From Candidatus Bruticola sp. (GTDB lineage: Bacteria; Vulcanimicrobiota; Xenobia; Xenobiales; Xenobiaceae): a DNA stretch of 64,000 nt. The position numbers and the translations under genes were made by a program. Every line of letters begins with the position of its first letter. Within the stretch, counting starts at the first letter, position 1. The notes under the pieces were generated by a model. The model searched no databases. It was not told the origin of the DNA and was given only the letters and a program-made list of their open reading frames with translations. Below are positions 54,536 to 64,000 of the stretch, piece after piece. The stretch spans positions 18,582 to 82,581 of the forward strand of contig JBJEGC010000027.1 in assembly GCA_051874695.1 (NCBI GenBank), written 5' to 3'.

Positions 54536-54803
54536 ATGTTACTCTCCTCTAGCTGCCGTTTTTTGCTTCTGATTTTTCTTTTAATAGGCAGCGATAAAAC
54601 TAAAAAAACAAAAATATAAAAAAAGTTTCGGCTGCAGATCGGAATCAAGAACTGGAACTAAAAGTTCGGAGTTGAGATCGCTTGGAGGGACGTCTGCCGC
54701 CTGAAATACAATCACGCCGGAATTTCTAAGCTGAAAGTTCTTCTCCTGCGTTAAGTAGAAAGCCGAGGATTGGCTCGGCACCAAATGTCGTTTGAGTTGC
54801 CAA

Positions 54804-55889
54804 CTAAGGAGTTGGAGGTTCTACCACTTCGGACAGAGCCCAGGCCATACTGTCGGTCATCAGTTCATCGAGAGCACAGAAAATTTTCTCCAATGATTGA
54901 GCCGGATCTTGTTTAATTATGGAACGATGAGCCACCTGCCAAGGAGCCCACTGCTGTGTATTGAGGGCCGCAGTTTGTGGTTCATAAACGGCCACTACCG
55001 GCTTTTGTAAAGCTGCAGCTAAATGAACGGCTCCTGTATCGGGAGTAACTACAAAATCGACGCTATTAAAAAGAACGGCCCAGCGTCGGAAATTGAGACC
55101 GCCGATAAAGCGAACACCTTCGCTGGTCATTTTGGGCTGAGGAGCAAAATCTTTTAGAGCCTCTTTCAGGCCATTAGCCAGTTTTTGCTCGGCCGGTCCG
55201 TAGCAGACTATTAAATCGCCGCCGCGAGAAGTCATAATCAGACCTCCAGCCAGGCGCGCTAAATTATTTACTGTCCAGCCACAGCTCAGCCAATTATTGT
55301 GAAGTTGGAGCAGCACGGCGGGCCGTTTCCAATTTTCGTTCATTTGTTGGGACAGAGATTTTTCATCGGGACTCAACTGCAGGGAGAGCGAGTCGTCTTC
55401 ATAAGCCAATCCCATATTTTTAGCCAGCTCTCCTAGCTGCTGTACTTCGTGAGGAATAGGGTGGGACAAGGCCAACTCTTTATTGAGATTAATACTCATG
55501 CTGTGAGTCAAGTACAGAGCCGTACACATAATGGCCGTAAGAGGGCGGCTAGGGTAAAAATAGCCGACTCTGCAGGGCGCCTTAGTGGCATAAGCAAGCT
55601 TGTAAGCGCAAGTTCTAGGAGCCAAACATACGGTAAGATCAGCTTTTAAAGAACGCAGCTCCTCTTCCAGAGCGCGAGTCGGCTTGCCGTCATAAGAAAT
55701 AATTTTGTCGATAAAATCGACATTTTCCAGTACTGAAGCAGTATAGGCAGGTAAAACTACAATTATTTCCGCTTGGGGGGCGCCAGCTCGCAAAGCTTTC
55801 AAAAAGGGCGTTGAAAGAATAAGATCGCCGATATGATCGGTTCGTATGACTATTATTCTTTTTATTTCTGACCAAGGAATTGGTTTCAT
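54804..55889 (-). CDS. GT9 family (LPS heptosyltransferase-like) glycosyltransferase
   Basis: RTDHIGDLILSTP and TPDTGAVHLAAA motifs. Confidence 0.9.
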   Translation of the reverse strand: MKPIPWSEIKRIIVIRTDHIGDLILSTPFLKALRAGAPQAEIIVVLPAYTASVLENVDFIDKIISYDGKPTRALEEELRSLKADLTVCLAPRTCAYKLAYATKAPCRVGYFYPSRPLTAIMCTALYLTHSMSINLNKELALSHPIPHEVQQLGELAKNMGLAYEDDSLSLQLSPDEKSLSQQMNENWKRPAVLLQLHNNWLSCGWTVNNLARLAGGLIMTSRGGDLIVCYGPAEQKLANGLKEALKDFAPQPKMTSEGVRFIGGLNFRRWAVLFNSVDFVVTPDTGAVHLAAALQKPVVAVYEPQTAALNTQQWAPWQVAHRSIIKQDPAQSLEKIFCALDELMTDSMAWALSEVVEPPTP

Positions 55890-55907
55890 GGCCTGATTCG
55901 CCGCCTC

Positions 55908-56792
55908 CTATTGTCCCATAGCCTCTTTCATGCCGCCCACATAATAATATTGGTAGACTATTTCCCTAGCCAGCTTTACCTGAGGAGCCAGCGACTCTAA
56001 CCAGCTGAGAATGAACTTATAGCGGGTTAGGAAGGAGTGAACCATCATAGAGAGCGGGTTCATACCCATCTGCAAACTTATGCGCAGATCGTGGTATTTG
56101 CGGTAGAAACGCACCGTTGAATGGCCTGCTAAGCGCATTCTGCCCTTTTGCTCCTCGAAACCTACAGGATGCCAGTGATAGTTTATAGCTTGAGGTGCAT
56201 AATAAATTTTGTGTCCGGCTTTGAGCAGACGGTATCCTAACTCAAGATCTTCATGGCCGTAGCCTTGGAAAGCCAGATCGAAGCCGCCTACTTTTACTAA
56301 AATTTCGCGAGGTACGGAGGCATTACCGGTCAAGAAGTAGTGCCAAGGCAGCAGTTGGCGGGAGGCTTTATGGCGGGAATGGGCAGCCGGATTTTGAGAG
56401 AACAACTTGTACTCATTCAGAGTTTTTACCTGAATTTCGTTGCCTACTACAGCCTGACCCGGATGCTGCTCATGATAGCGGGCGTGGACAGCCAACAAGT
56501 TGGGATCGGCGATAATATCGGCGTCGGTAAAGAGCACTATTTCACCTTGAGCGTTATCTATTCCGCGGTTGCGGGCTCCGCTGCGACCTGTATTGGGTCC
56601 GGGGAGAAAACGCAGATTGGGCGCCTTTAAGCTTTGCACATATTCGGCCGTACCGTCGGTACTGCCGGCATCGCAGAGCAGAATTTCGTAATTATCGGGA
56701 TGCATGGTCTGGTTGAGCAAAGAAGGAAGAACTTCTTTCAACTTGTCCGCTCGGTTATAAGTGGGAATTACTACGCTTATTTTTATGGACAT
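55908..56792 (-). CDS. GT2 family glycosyltransferase
   Basis: SVVIPTYNR, DAGSTDGT, ARNRG, FTDAD and GYGHEDLELGYRL motifs. Confidence 0.93.
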   Translation of the reverse strand: MSIKISVVIPTYNRADKLKEVLPSLLNQTMHPDNYEILLCDAGSTDGTAEYVQSLKAPNLRFLPGPNTGRSGARNRGIDNAQGEIVLFTDADIIADPNLLAVHARYHEQHPGQAVVGNEIQVKTLNEYKLFSQNPAAHSRHKASRQLLPWHYFLTGNASVPREILVKVGGFDLAFQGYGHEDLELGYRLLKAGHKIYYAPQAINYHWHPVGFEEQKGRMRLAGHSTVRFYRKYHDLRISLQMGMNPLSMMVHSFLTRYKFILSWLESLAPQVKLAREIVYQYYYVGGMKEAMGQ

Positions 56793-58015
56793 ATCTTTTT
56801 ACAGGCCTCATATAATGTGTTGCTGAATTTTTCATCATCTTGGTTCTTCTCCTGCCTAGCTACCAGCTGACATGAATTGCGCCAAGGTTTCCAGCGAGTC
56901 GTATTGCGTTCGAAGTTTTCCGCAGGGAAGAAGACCACCGAGGGTAGACCGACAGCAGCGGCTGTATGAGCCGAACCTCCGTCGGGTGAAATCATAAAGC
57001 GGCAGTTCTTTAGAAAAGCGGCAAAAAGGCGCAGATCGGCGCAGGAAAAGATTGGTACTTTTATTTGCTGCCGTTCTTGAGCGTATTTGTTTTTTTGGCT
57101 CAGGTAAACGGCCAGATCGGCAGCAAAACGATCTGCCCATAGTCTGTCTCCGGGAGCGCAAGTAATTATTGGTCTAAATTTATCGTCCAGCAGTTTTTCG
57201 TATAGTTTGGCAACTGGTTGGAGTAGCGGCCAATAAGGTGAATAATTGTCTCTGTTTTCGTGTGAAGTTTGACTCACCGGAGGAGCAGAAATTAAATTTT
57301 GCTTGTCGATGATGCCCAGTATATTTGGGTTCCACCGAGGCATGAGCTGAAGAGCGCAGCTTTTTATATCGTTAAGGTTGCAGCTGTCTGGCGCAGTTTG
57401 GTTAAGTTCGAGAGTTTCTATATAGGCCTTGTGCCCCTCTTTTAGCTCCTGCTGAGTGAAGTTGAAAGTTAAGTCCGGATAGTCTGCTTCGGCAGGAACT
57501 TTTACCCCCAGTTTTTCTAGCAGCAAGAAAAAGCGGGCCGTTTGGTGTAGATGGGCGTCTTGGCGCGGATCATTAGAAAAAGGCACGCGGTAATTGATTT
57601 GCCACAATAGAGACAAGCTCTTCAGAGGTTGACTGAGGCCGGGAAAAAATCCGCAGCGCACCGGAGCGCCGCTTCTAAAGACAGAAGAAAGAGCAAAACC
57701 TTTTTCGGTAAAACTTAGAACCGCTTGGAATTTTCCTTGTTTCAGAGTTGAAGTAAGTTTATTTTTAAAACCTATTTCCTTAGGATCAAAAATTGCTACT
57801 TCGGTTATATCTGCAAATACGGGGGCTCCTAGTTTGGAAGCTATGACCGTTATTTTACTTTGCGGGCAAGCTTTTATTAGAAAACGCAGGGCCGGAAGGG
57901 CCAGAATGCTGTCTCCTAGTCCGTCCAGCACCACAACAGCTATATTGTGGGCACCTATTAGAGGAGAATCTGCTTTTAATAGTTCGTTGCAGTTTGAAGG
58001 CATATGAGGCTGCAT
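56783..58015 (-). CDS. GT9 family glycosyltransferase
   Basis: LDGLGDSILALP and SPDGGSAHTAAAVG motifs. Confidence 0.88.
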   Translation of the reverse strand: MQPHMPSNCNELLKADSPLIGAHNIAVVVLDGLGDSILALPALRFLIKACPQSKITVIASKLGAPVFADITEVAIFDPKEIGFKNKLTSTLKQGKFQAVLSFTEKGFALSSVFRSGAPVRCGFFPGLSQPLKSLSLLWQINYRVPFSNDPRQDAHLHQTARFFLLLEKLGVKVPAEADYPDLTFNFTQQELKEGHKAYIETLELNQTAPDSCNLNDIKSCALQLMPRWNPNILGIIDKQNLISAPPVSQTSHENRDNYSPYWPLLQPVAKLYEKLLDDKFRPIITCAPGDRLWADRFAADLAVYLSQKNKYAQERQQIKVPIFSCADLRLFAAFLKNCRFMISPDGGSAHTAAAVGLPSVVFFPAENFERNTTRWKPWRNSCQLVARQEKNQDDEKFSNTLYEACKKICP

Positions 58016-58153
58016 TTTGTAAGAAGTGCTTTTCTCCCTTTTTTCGCTGTGGTGGCAATTTTTATTAAGCAGGGGCCGCAGATTCTGCCTAAAAATAGGC
58101 TCATCTATTTTACTAGCGGTATTTGTATATTTTTGAAGTGAATAAATTTTTCC

Positions 58154-59977
58154 ATGAATGCTGAAAAAATAAATGTTGCCGAAATAATTGGATTAGCCGC
58201 CGTGCTCTTAGCTGGACTGGCTTTTGCTTACCTAGGAATGGGACCCTGTGATCGCCATCAGTTCGCCTCCATGAGTTTTGCCGGTTTAAGCTTACAGGCT
58301 TATTTCGGACAATTTGAAGGTGAGGCTAACGGCTTTTTTTATTATTTAATGCTGGGATTGTTTAATGATTTGTTCGGCTGGAGCAAAAATACGGCAGCCC
58401 TTTTTTCCGCTTTGAGTTTGAGCGGCAGCGCTCTGCTTATTTATTTGGCGGTGAGGCGTTGGCACGGCGGCAGGGCAGCGCTCTACAGTGCCATGTTTTT
58501 GGTTTCTTTCAACAGTTCTATTTACTTCAGTTCGTATATACGTTTTTACGCTTTCGGCATGCTGATGTGCGCTCTAGTTGCTTTTTTGAGTGTACTCTGG
58601 ATAGAACAGCTTGATCAAGATAAAAGGCCCGGCGTATGCCAGGATGGGGCGGGGGACGCCTCGTTGAGGGCAAGATTAGCTAAGCTAATTTGTAAATATC
58701 GTTTTCCGCTTTTAGGGGCCGCTTTGATTGTAGCTTTGTTGGGCGTTTTATCGGCCATGATTATCAGTTCAATCATATGGGTAGCGGTTAGTGCAGCGAT
58801 TTTGACTCATAACTGGAAAAGCGTTAAAAGTTGGTACTGTTGCGGCTTCTCCGCTCTGTTGTTGGCGGCTGCTTTAACTTGGTCTGTGCTTTTTAATCCG
58901 TGGGCTTACGCTCTGCAGGGCAAGAATATGGAACCCAGTTGGAATTTGCTGCTTGGTATTTATGCCAAATATTTAGGGCTGGAAATGCTGCCCGGACGTC
59001 TGCCTTTAAGCTTGGCTTGGTGGGAGACGTCTTTGGAATTGTGGATAATTCCCGCTGCTTTAAGTTTGCTTTTTCTGGTTAGCGGAGTAGCCGCATGTTT
59101 GCGGCAGAAGCGTCTGCTTTTTCCAGTATGGTCGCTGCTGCCGTTGCTTCTTTTTGCTTATTCTTTTGTTTTTAAGCCGATACTTTCTGTATGGAACCTG
59201 AGTTTTGTTATTCCGGCTTTAGCTGCGCTAATGGGAATCGGTTTAGCTTATTGGCGCAAGGCGAATCAGTATGTCGCCTTGGCTTTATGGTCCTGCGTAG
59301 CTCAGGCGGCCCTAATTAATTACAGCTGGCCTGCCGATACCGAATATTATGAAGCTTGGCGCATTCGCTCTCAGTACGCTTCCGCTCCGCTGTTGCTGGC
59401 CGATTTTCAGGTTTTGGAAAGGGCCGAAAGCAGCTTGGAACCTTATTTTTCTCTGCCTTGTTTAGCCCTAGACAATTCGCGCAGTGTAATTATTCCTGTT
59501 AAGCAGTACAGTAGAGAAGCCGATTTTTGGTCCGACAAGCACCGCTTCAATGCGCTTTATGGCCGACCCGTACATGACGGCACCGAACTTTCTAATATTC
59601 CTTGGCGTCTGCTTTTGGGAGTAAACTACAACAGTTGGCAGCAATTTCCTTACAAAGGGCAAGGTGCAGAACTGCGTACTGTTTTAGCTGAGCAGCCGCC
59701 GCACGATTTTCGGCGTTTGGCTACTAACCTATCGCCGCAAGCCCATCCGTATTTGTTAGATAAAAATTTAGATAAGAGCATCTTGATCTCTGCTGGTCGG
59801 CAGTTGGGCCGGTCGGAAGCCCCGCGAGCCTTGTGGTGTCTGTATACTTCACCTTGGTGCAGTTCGGAAGTAGAGCCTTTTAACTTAGACAAATTGGTTG
59901 CTGCTTTGCCCGCTTGCAGGCGTATTTTGGTGTGGGATTGTGGCGGGGTGCAGCTCTGCTTGATTATTTTTCGTTAG
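58154..59977 (+). CDS. Polytopic membrane protein, GT-C/ArnT-PMT-like
   Basis: Many TM helices, with the YYLML...FG and IYFSSYIRFYA patterns typical of GT39/GT83-like proteins. Confidence 0.6.
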   Translation: MNAEKINVAEIIGLAAVLLAGLAFAYLGMGPCDRHQFASMSFAGLSLQAYFGQFEGEANGFFYYLMLGLFNDLFGWSKNTAALFSALSLSGSALLIYLAVRRWHGGRAALYSAMFLVSFNSSIYFSSYIRFYAFGMLMCALVAFLSVLWIEQLDQDKRPGVCQDGAGDASLRARLAKLICKYRFPLLGAALIVALLGVLSAMIISSIIWVAVSAAILTHNWKSVKSWYCCGFSALLLAAALTWSVLFNPWAYALQGKNMEPSWNLLLGIYAKYLGLEMLPGRLPLSLAWWETSLELWIIPAALSLLFLVSGVAACLRQKRLLFPVWSLLPLLLFAYSFVFKPILSVWNLSFVIPALAALMGIGLAYWRKANQYVALALWSCVAQAALINYSWPADTEYYEAWRIRSQYASAPLLLADFQVLERAESSLEPYFSLPCLALDNSRSVIIPVKQYSREADFWSDKHRFNALYGRPVHDGTELSNIPWRLLLGVNYNSWQQFPYKGQGAELRTVLAEQPPHDFRRLATNLSPQAHPYLLDKNLDKSILISAGRQLGRSEAPRALWCLYTSPWCSSEVEPFNLDKLVAALPACRRILVWDCGGVQLCLIIFR

Positions 59978-60072
59978 AACATTTTGGCAGGTTTTGCCTG
60001 CTTAAGTGTGAAACTGCAGCCCCCCGCGGCAGGCAGCCGTTATTTGCAGCACTTTAGGAGTGATTTTATAAA

Positions 60073-62466
60073 TTGAGTTCACGCAGCAGTCAGGAAACAT
60101 TCTCTTTAGGCAGAGTTATTGAAGCGCCTTTGCACGATTTAGTGCGCTCTCGCTTTTTAAATTATGCTTTGTCTGTTATTACCGATCGCGCTTTGCCTGA
60201 TGTTCGCGATGGTCTCAAACCGGTGCAACGGCGCATTCTTTACGCCATGCATCACGATCTTCACCTCAGCCCGGACAAGAGTACTTTGAAATGCGCCAAG
60301 GTAGTTGGCCAGGTTTTAGGCAGTTACCATCCGCACGGTGATTCGGCTGTCTATGAGGCCATGGCTCGCATGGCCCAACCCTGGACTTTGCGTTATCCTC
60401 TGGTATTCGGTCAGGGCAATTTTGGCTCCATCGATGGCGATGGCCCGGCTGCTTACCGATATACGGAAGCTCGTCTCAGTCCTATCGCTATGGAGTTTGT
60501 GGAAGAACTCGGCCAAAATACGGTAGATTTTGTGCCTAATTTTGATGAGAGCACGCCCGAACCCAAAGTTTTGCCTGCTAAAGTGCCCCAAATGCTGATT
60601 AATGGCTGCATGGGTATTGCTGTTGGTGTTGCTACTAATATTCCACCGCACAATTTGGGAGAAGTATTGCAGGCCTGCTGCGCTCTTATTGATAACCGCC
60701 AGCTCGGCATAGCCCAGCTTTTAACTTATATTGAAGGGCCAGATTTTCCCACCGGAGGTGAATTGCTCAACAGTTGTCAGAGTTTAGAGCAAATTTACGG
60801 CTCAGGTCAGGGAGCTTTAAAAATACGCGGTACCTACAAGATAGAAGAAAAAAATAAGCGCTTATTCAACATAATTATCGATTCTATACCTTATATGGTT
60901 AATAAATCGGAGTTGGTGGAAGAAATAGGTAGTATTATCATAGCAGGCAAAATTCCTCATTTGCAGGATGTACGCGACGAATCGGCTGCCGATATACGCA
61001 TTGTTTTGGAATGTCGCCGAGAAGCCGATCCTACGTCCGTTATGGCTTATCTTTTCAAAAATACTAAGTTACAGAATCAGTTTAATGTCAATATGACTTG
61101 TCTGACTTCGCGGGGGCCGGAACGAGTCAATTTGCGCACAGCTTTACTCGATTTTATCGATTTCCGTTTTGAAGTAACGGTGCGCCGTCTCAACTATGAG
61201 GTGCGCCTCTTGAATGAGCGCATCCATATTTTAGAAGGTTTTGTCAAAGTTTTCGATGCCATAGAGGAAGCGATAGCTATTATTCGTGCCTCTTCAGGAC
61301 GCGCTCAGGCCAATCAGGCTTTGTGCGAGCGTTTTTTAGTTGATGAGGTGCAGGCGGACGCCGTATTAGATTTGCGCCTTTACCGCTTGAGCCAAGACGA
61401 TGTTCTGCTTATTCGAGACGAGCTGGCCGATAAACAGGCTAAACGCGATCATCTGGAAGCGCTTTTGGAAGATATGCCGGCTCTTTGGTCGTTGGTAAAG
61501 GATGAATTTGTCTTATTGCGCCAACGCTTAGCCGATAGCAGACGCACTCAGGTTCTGCGTGAAGGAGCAGAAGAGTTAGTTTACAATGCCGACGATTTCA
61601 TTTTAGAAGAAAAATCGGAAGTGGTTATTACCCGCGATGGTTGGTTACGTCGCGTTCCGATTGGTACCGATGTGAGCAAGCTTCGTCTGCGTATGGAAGA
61701 TTCTGTTTGGCAAATTTTGGACGGTTCGTCTTTGAATTCGTTAGTGCTCTTCACGAATTTCGGAACCGCTTATACTATGGCTGTGCATGAACTCCCCGGC
61801 GGCGCTCGCGGTTTTGGCGAACCGGTGCAAAAGTTTTTTAACTTTAGCGATGGAGAGAAGATTATTGCCGCTTTCCTTTTTGACAGCCGCAGCAGCGAAG
61901 TTTGGTCGGCTCAAGAGGATCATGAACTACCAAGTATGCACGCTTTAGCTTTGAGTAGTGACGGTAAAGGAGTGCGTTTTTCTTTTGCTCCTTTTGTGGA
62001 GAGTTCCAAAAAGAGCGGTCGCCGTTATATGCGCTTAGGCGATGGAGTTCAAGCTCTGATGGTAGAGGCCGTGCGCGGAACGGAACATTTAATTGTACTT
62101 ACAGAGCAAAACAGAGCCCTGATCTGTCCTATAGGAGAGATCGGTTTTATGTCGGGGTGTGCTCGCGGTGTTCAAGTAATTAAGCTGGAAAACGAAGATA
62201 AACTTTGGGAAAGTATGACCGTCAGCAGTTCGGATCAGGGTATAATGCTCAGCCGCAGCGGTTCGGGAACTCCGGTGGAAGTTTCTATGCGTAAACAAAA
62301 AGTTTGTGCTAGAGGCGGTAAAGGTACTCTTTTAATTAAGCGCGGTAAACTGCAAATGCAGCAAAAATTTTACAGCGCTGCAGCCGTAAAAACTGACTTA
62401 TCAGAAGCTGAGACCGCACCTACAGAAGGTTCCGAGAGCAAATTAAGTTTAGGTTCCGAAGCGTAA
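60073..62466 (+). CDS. parC: Type IIA topoisomerase subunit A, probably topoisomerase IV ParC
   Basis: [22 protein letters not shown], catalytic [16 protein letters not shown]. No GyrA-box at the start of the CTD. Confidence 0.8.
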   Translation: MSSRSSQETFSLGRVIEAPLHDLVRSRFLNYALSVITDRALPDVRDGLKPVQRRILYAMHHDLHLSPDKSTLKCAKVVGQVLGSYHPHGDSAVYEAMARMAQPWTLRYPLVFGQGNFGSIDGDGPAAYRYTEARLSPIAMEFVEELGQNTVDFVPNFDESTPEPKVLPAKVPQMLINGCMGIAVGVATNIPPHNLGEVLQACCALIDNRQLGIAQLLTYIEGPDFPTGGELLNSCQSLEQIYGSGQGALKIRGTYKIEEKNKRLFNIIIDSIPYMVNKSELVEEIGSIIIAGKIPHLQDVRDESAADIRIVLECRREADPTSVMAYLFKNTKLQNQFNVNMTCLTSRGPERVNLRTALLDFIDFRFEVTVRRLNYEVRLLNERIHILEGFVKVFDAIEEAIAIIRASSGRAQANQALCERFLVDEVQADAVLDLRLYRLSQDDVLLIRDELADKQAKRDHLEALLEDMPALWSLVKDEFVLLRQRLADSRRTQVLREGAEELVYNADDFILEEKSEVVITRDGWLRRVPIGTDVSKLRLRMEDSVWQILDGSSLNSLVLFTNFGTAYTMAVHELPGGARGFGEPVQKFFNFSDGEKIIAAFLFDSRSSEVWSAQEDHELPSMHALALSSDGKGVRFSFAPFVESSKKSGRRYMRLGDGVQALMVEAVRGTEHLIVLTEQNRALICPIGEIGFMSGCARGVQVIKLENEDKLWESMTVSSSDQGIMLSRSGSGTPVEVSMRKQKVCARGGKGTLLIKRGKLQMQQKFYSAAAVKTDLSEAETAPTEGSESKLSLGSEA

Positions 62467-62569
62467 AATGTCAGTTAATGTTATTGATGATATGTATCTG
62501 AGCTGTCCGCATCGCTTGGTGCGTCAGTTTTGTGTTTGAGTTTGTTGTTAAATTTTAAGCGAGGCGGAA

Positions 62570-64000
62570 ATGGAATCTTATACTGCGCAAGATATTCAGG
62601 TTTTAACCGGTTTGGAGCCGGTTCGCAAGAGGCCCGGGCTTTACATAGGCAGTGTGGGCAGTGTCGGTCTTCATCACTTAATTTGGGAAATTTTAGATAA
62701 CTCCATCGATGAAGTTATGAACGGTTACGCCACGTGGGTGGAGTTGGAGCTGGACCGCGACGGGCGGTCTGTAAGAGTTACTGACAATGGGCGCGGCATT
62801 CCCGTAGATATACATCAGGAGTACGGTAAATCGGCTCTTGAGCTTATTATGACTACCCTTCATGCTGGAGGAAAGTTTGCTCATGCTAATTACACTTATT
62901 CCGGTGGACTGCACGGTGTGGGCGCTTCGGTTGTTAATGCTCTTTCCGAACGTTTGGAAGTAACGGTAAAGCGCGATGGTGGTGAGTGGTTTCAGTCTTA
63001 TGTTTTAGGTGCGCCCACGGCTCCAGTTATGCAAGTGGGGGAGAATGTGCGCGGCAGCGGCACTTCAATTTGGTTCAGGCCGGATGAAGATATTTTTGAA
63101 GAGACTATTTTTGATCCGAAAATTATTTTAGAAACTTTAGAGGCCAGAGCTTGGCTGCATAAAGTAAAAATTATTTTTAAAGATCGAGTTAACGGTCTTA
63201 CTCACAAATTAGATCATAGCGATAGTGGGTTAGACGGTTATTTAAAACAGTTAGTAGGAGAAGAACCTCGAGCCTCAGCTTGGGAAGATTACATATTTTC
63301 TTATAAGCGGGAAGAAAATATCCGCATGGAAGCGGCGGTGCTGTGGAGTCAAAATGGTGGCGAGCAGGTGCGCAGTTTTGTTAACGGTATCAACACGCCG
63401 CAGGGAGGCACCCATGAACTGGGGTTAAAAGCTGGCTTAGTTAAAGCTGTGCGCAACTATATGGAGATCCACAATCTGCAGCCCAAAGGCGTGAAGTTAA
63501 GTGCTGATGATATCCGCTGTGGGTTGAGAGCTATTGTGGCTGTGTATATAGCCGATCCGCAATTTAAAGGGCAGACGAAAGAGCGCCTTAACAACACCGA
63601 GGTAAACGCTCAGGTGGCCGCAGCGGTAGCTCCGGCTTTTGAGCGCTGTCTGAACGAAAATCCTTCTGTAGCTTCCGGGCTAGTGGAGCGCATAGTTTTG
63701 AGCGCCAAGGAAAGGGCGGCGGCCGCTCAGGCTTCGGAAGCTGCCGTTCGTAAGTCGGTGACGCGCAAATTGAATCTGCCTGGTAAATTGGCTGATTGTT
63801 CTTCCGGACGCACTGAAGAGTGCGAACTTTTTATTGTAGAGGGCGATTCTGCTGGAGGTTCTGCTAAGCAGGGACGCGATCGTCGTTTTCAGGCTATTTT
63901 GCCTCTGCGGGGTAAAATTCTGAATATTGAGCATGCCGGCGCCGATAAAATTGGTCAAAATAAAGAAATAGCTAATTTAATTAGTGCTATTGGCTGTGGA
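62570..64000 (+). CDS. parE: Type IIA topoisomerase subunit B, probably ParE (runs off the window)
   Basis: Not in the ORF track. Manual translation: MESYTAQDIQVLTGLEPVRKRPGLYIG, EILDNSIDE, DNGRGIP, LHAGGKF, GGLHGVG, TPQGGTHE, EGDSAGG, PLRGKILN. Confidence 0.85.
   Translation, partial: MESYTAQDIQVLTGLEPVRKRPGLYIGSVGSVGLHHLIWEILDNSIDEVMNGYATWVELELDRDGRSVRVTDNGRGIPVDIHQEYGKSALELIMTTLHAGGKFAHANYTYSGGLHGVGASVVNALSERLEVTVKRDGGEWFQSYVLGAPTAPVMQVGENVRGSGTSIWFRPDEDIFEETIFDPKIILETLEARAWLHKVKIIFKDRVNGLTHKLDHSDSGLDGYLKQLVGEEPRASAWEDYIFSYKREENIRMEAAVLWSQNGGEQVRSFVNGINTPQGGTHELGLKAGLVKAVRNYMEIHNLQPKGVKLSADDIRCGLRAIVAVYIADPQFKGQTKERLNNTEVNAQVAAAVAPAFERCLNENPSVASGLVERIVLSAKERAAAAQASEAAVRKSVTRKLNLPGKLADCSSGRTEECELFIVEGDSAGGSAKQGRDRRFQAILPLRGKILNIEHAGADKIGQNKEIANLISAIGCG

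Noticed and set aside
54536-54803. Possible T-box leader upstream of aspS, and the 67-aa ORF at 54581-54784
   Set aside because: No GGTGGNACC T-box consensus or antiterminator is visible. The ORF runs through low-complexity T-rich sequence and has no support.
60320-60360. Quinolone-resistance substitutions in the ParC/GyrA QRDR
   Set aside because: The sequence reads HGDSAVYE, with the usual susceptible Ser and acidic residues.
785-63958. Many short (60-170 aa) ORFs antisense to or overlapping well-supported genes (e.g. 18626-19147, 39000-39467, 48476-48919, 53489-53923)
   Set aside because: Shadow ORFs with no motifs or RBS, lying within confidently identified genes.
1-64000. CRISPR arrays, tRNA/rRNA genes, prophage or integrase genes
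   Set aside because: No regularly spaced repeats, cloverleaf or rRNA signatures, or phage/integrase motifs were seen by eye.

Overview
Bacterial chromosome window of roughly 45% GC (estimated by eye) from a diderm organism: it has LPS-core GT9 genes, an MsbA-like exporter and an outer-membrane porin. Several genes resemble those of gut Firmicutes. A host-associated Vulcanimicrobiota/Eremiobacterota-like lineage is a tentative guess only. Housekeeping content: xseA (partial), M42 and S46 peptidases, ruvAB, ktrAB, comM, iscS-iscU, aroC, four minor pilins, a Zn/Mn ABC uptake operon, glgC-glgD, MATE, hydA, aspS, glycosyltransferases, and parC-parE (partial). The most notable items are: (1) a RiPP-like locus at 34.2-36.8 kb, with two paralogous precursor-like proteins ending in repeated His/Trp-x-Asn motifs, followed by a SPASM + PqqD/RRE protein that lacks the radical-SAM CxxxCxxC motif; (2) a DUF2946-like RSPP leader protein whose 3' codons can base-pair with the Shine-Dalgarno of the downstream metal-uptake porin, suggesting a ribosome-stalling metal sensor; (3) a ~355-bp internally deleted IS200/IS605 element that keeps both ends and the TnpB omegaRNA region; (4) several apparent pseudo-enzymes (membrane-anchored DnaB-like, MBL-like, EF-Ts-like, two-Cys IscU). 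All calls come from reading motifs by eye; no database searches were run.
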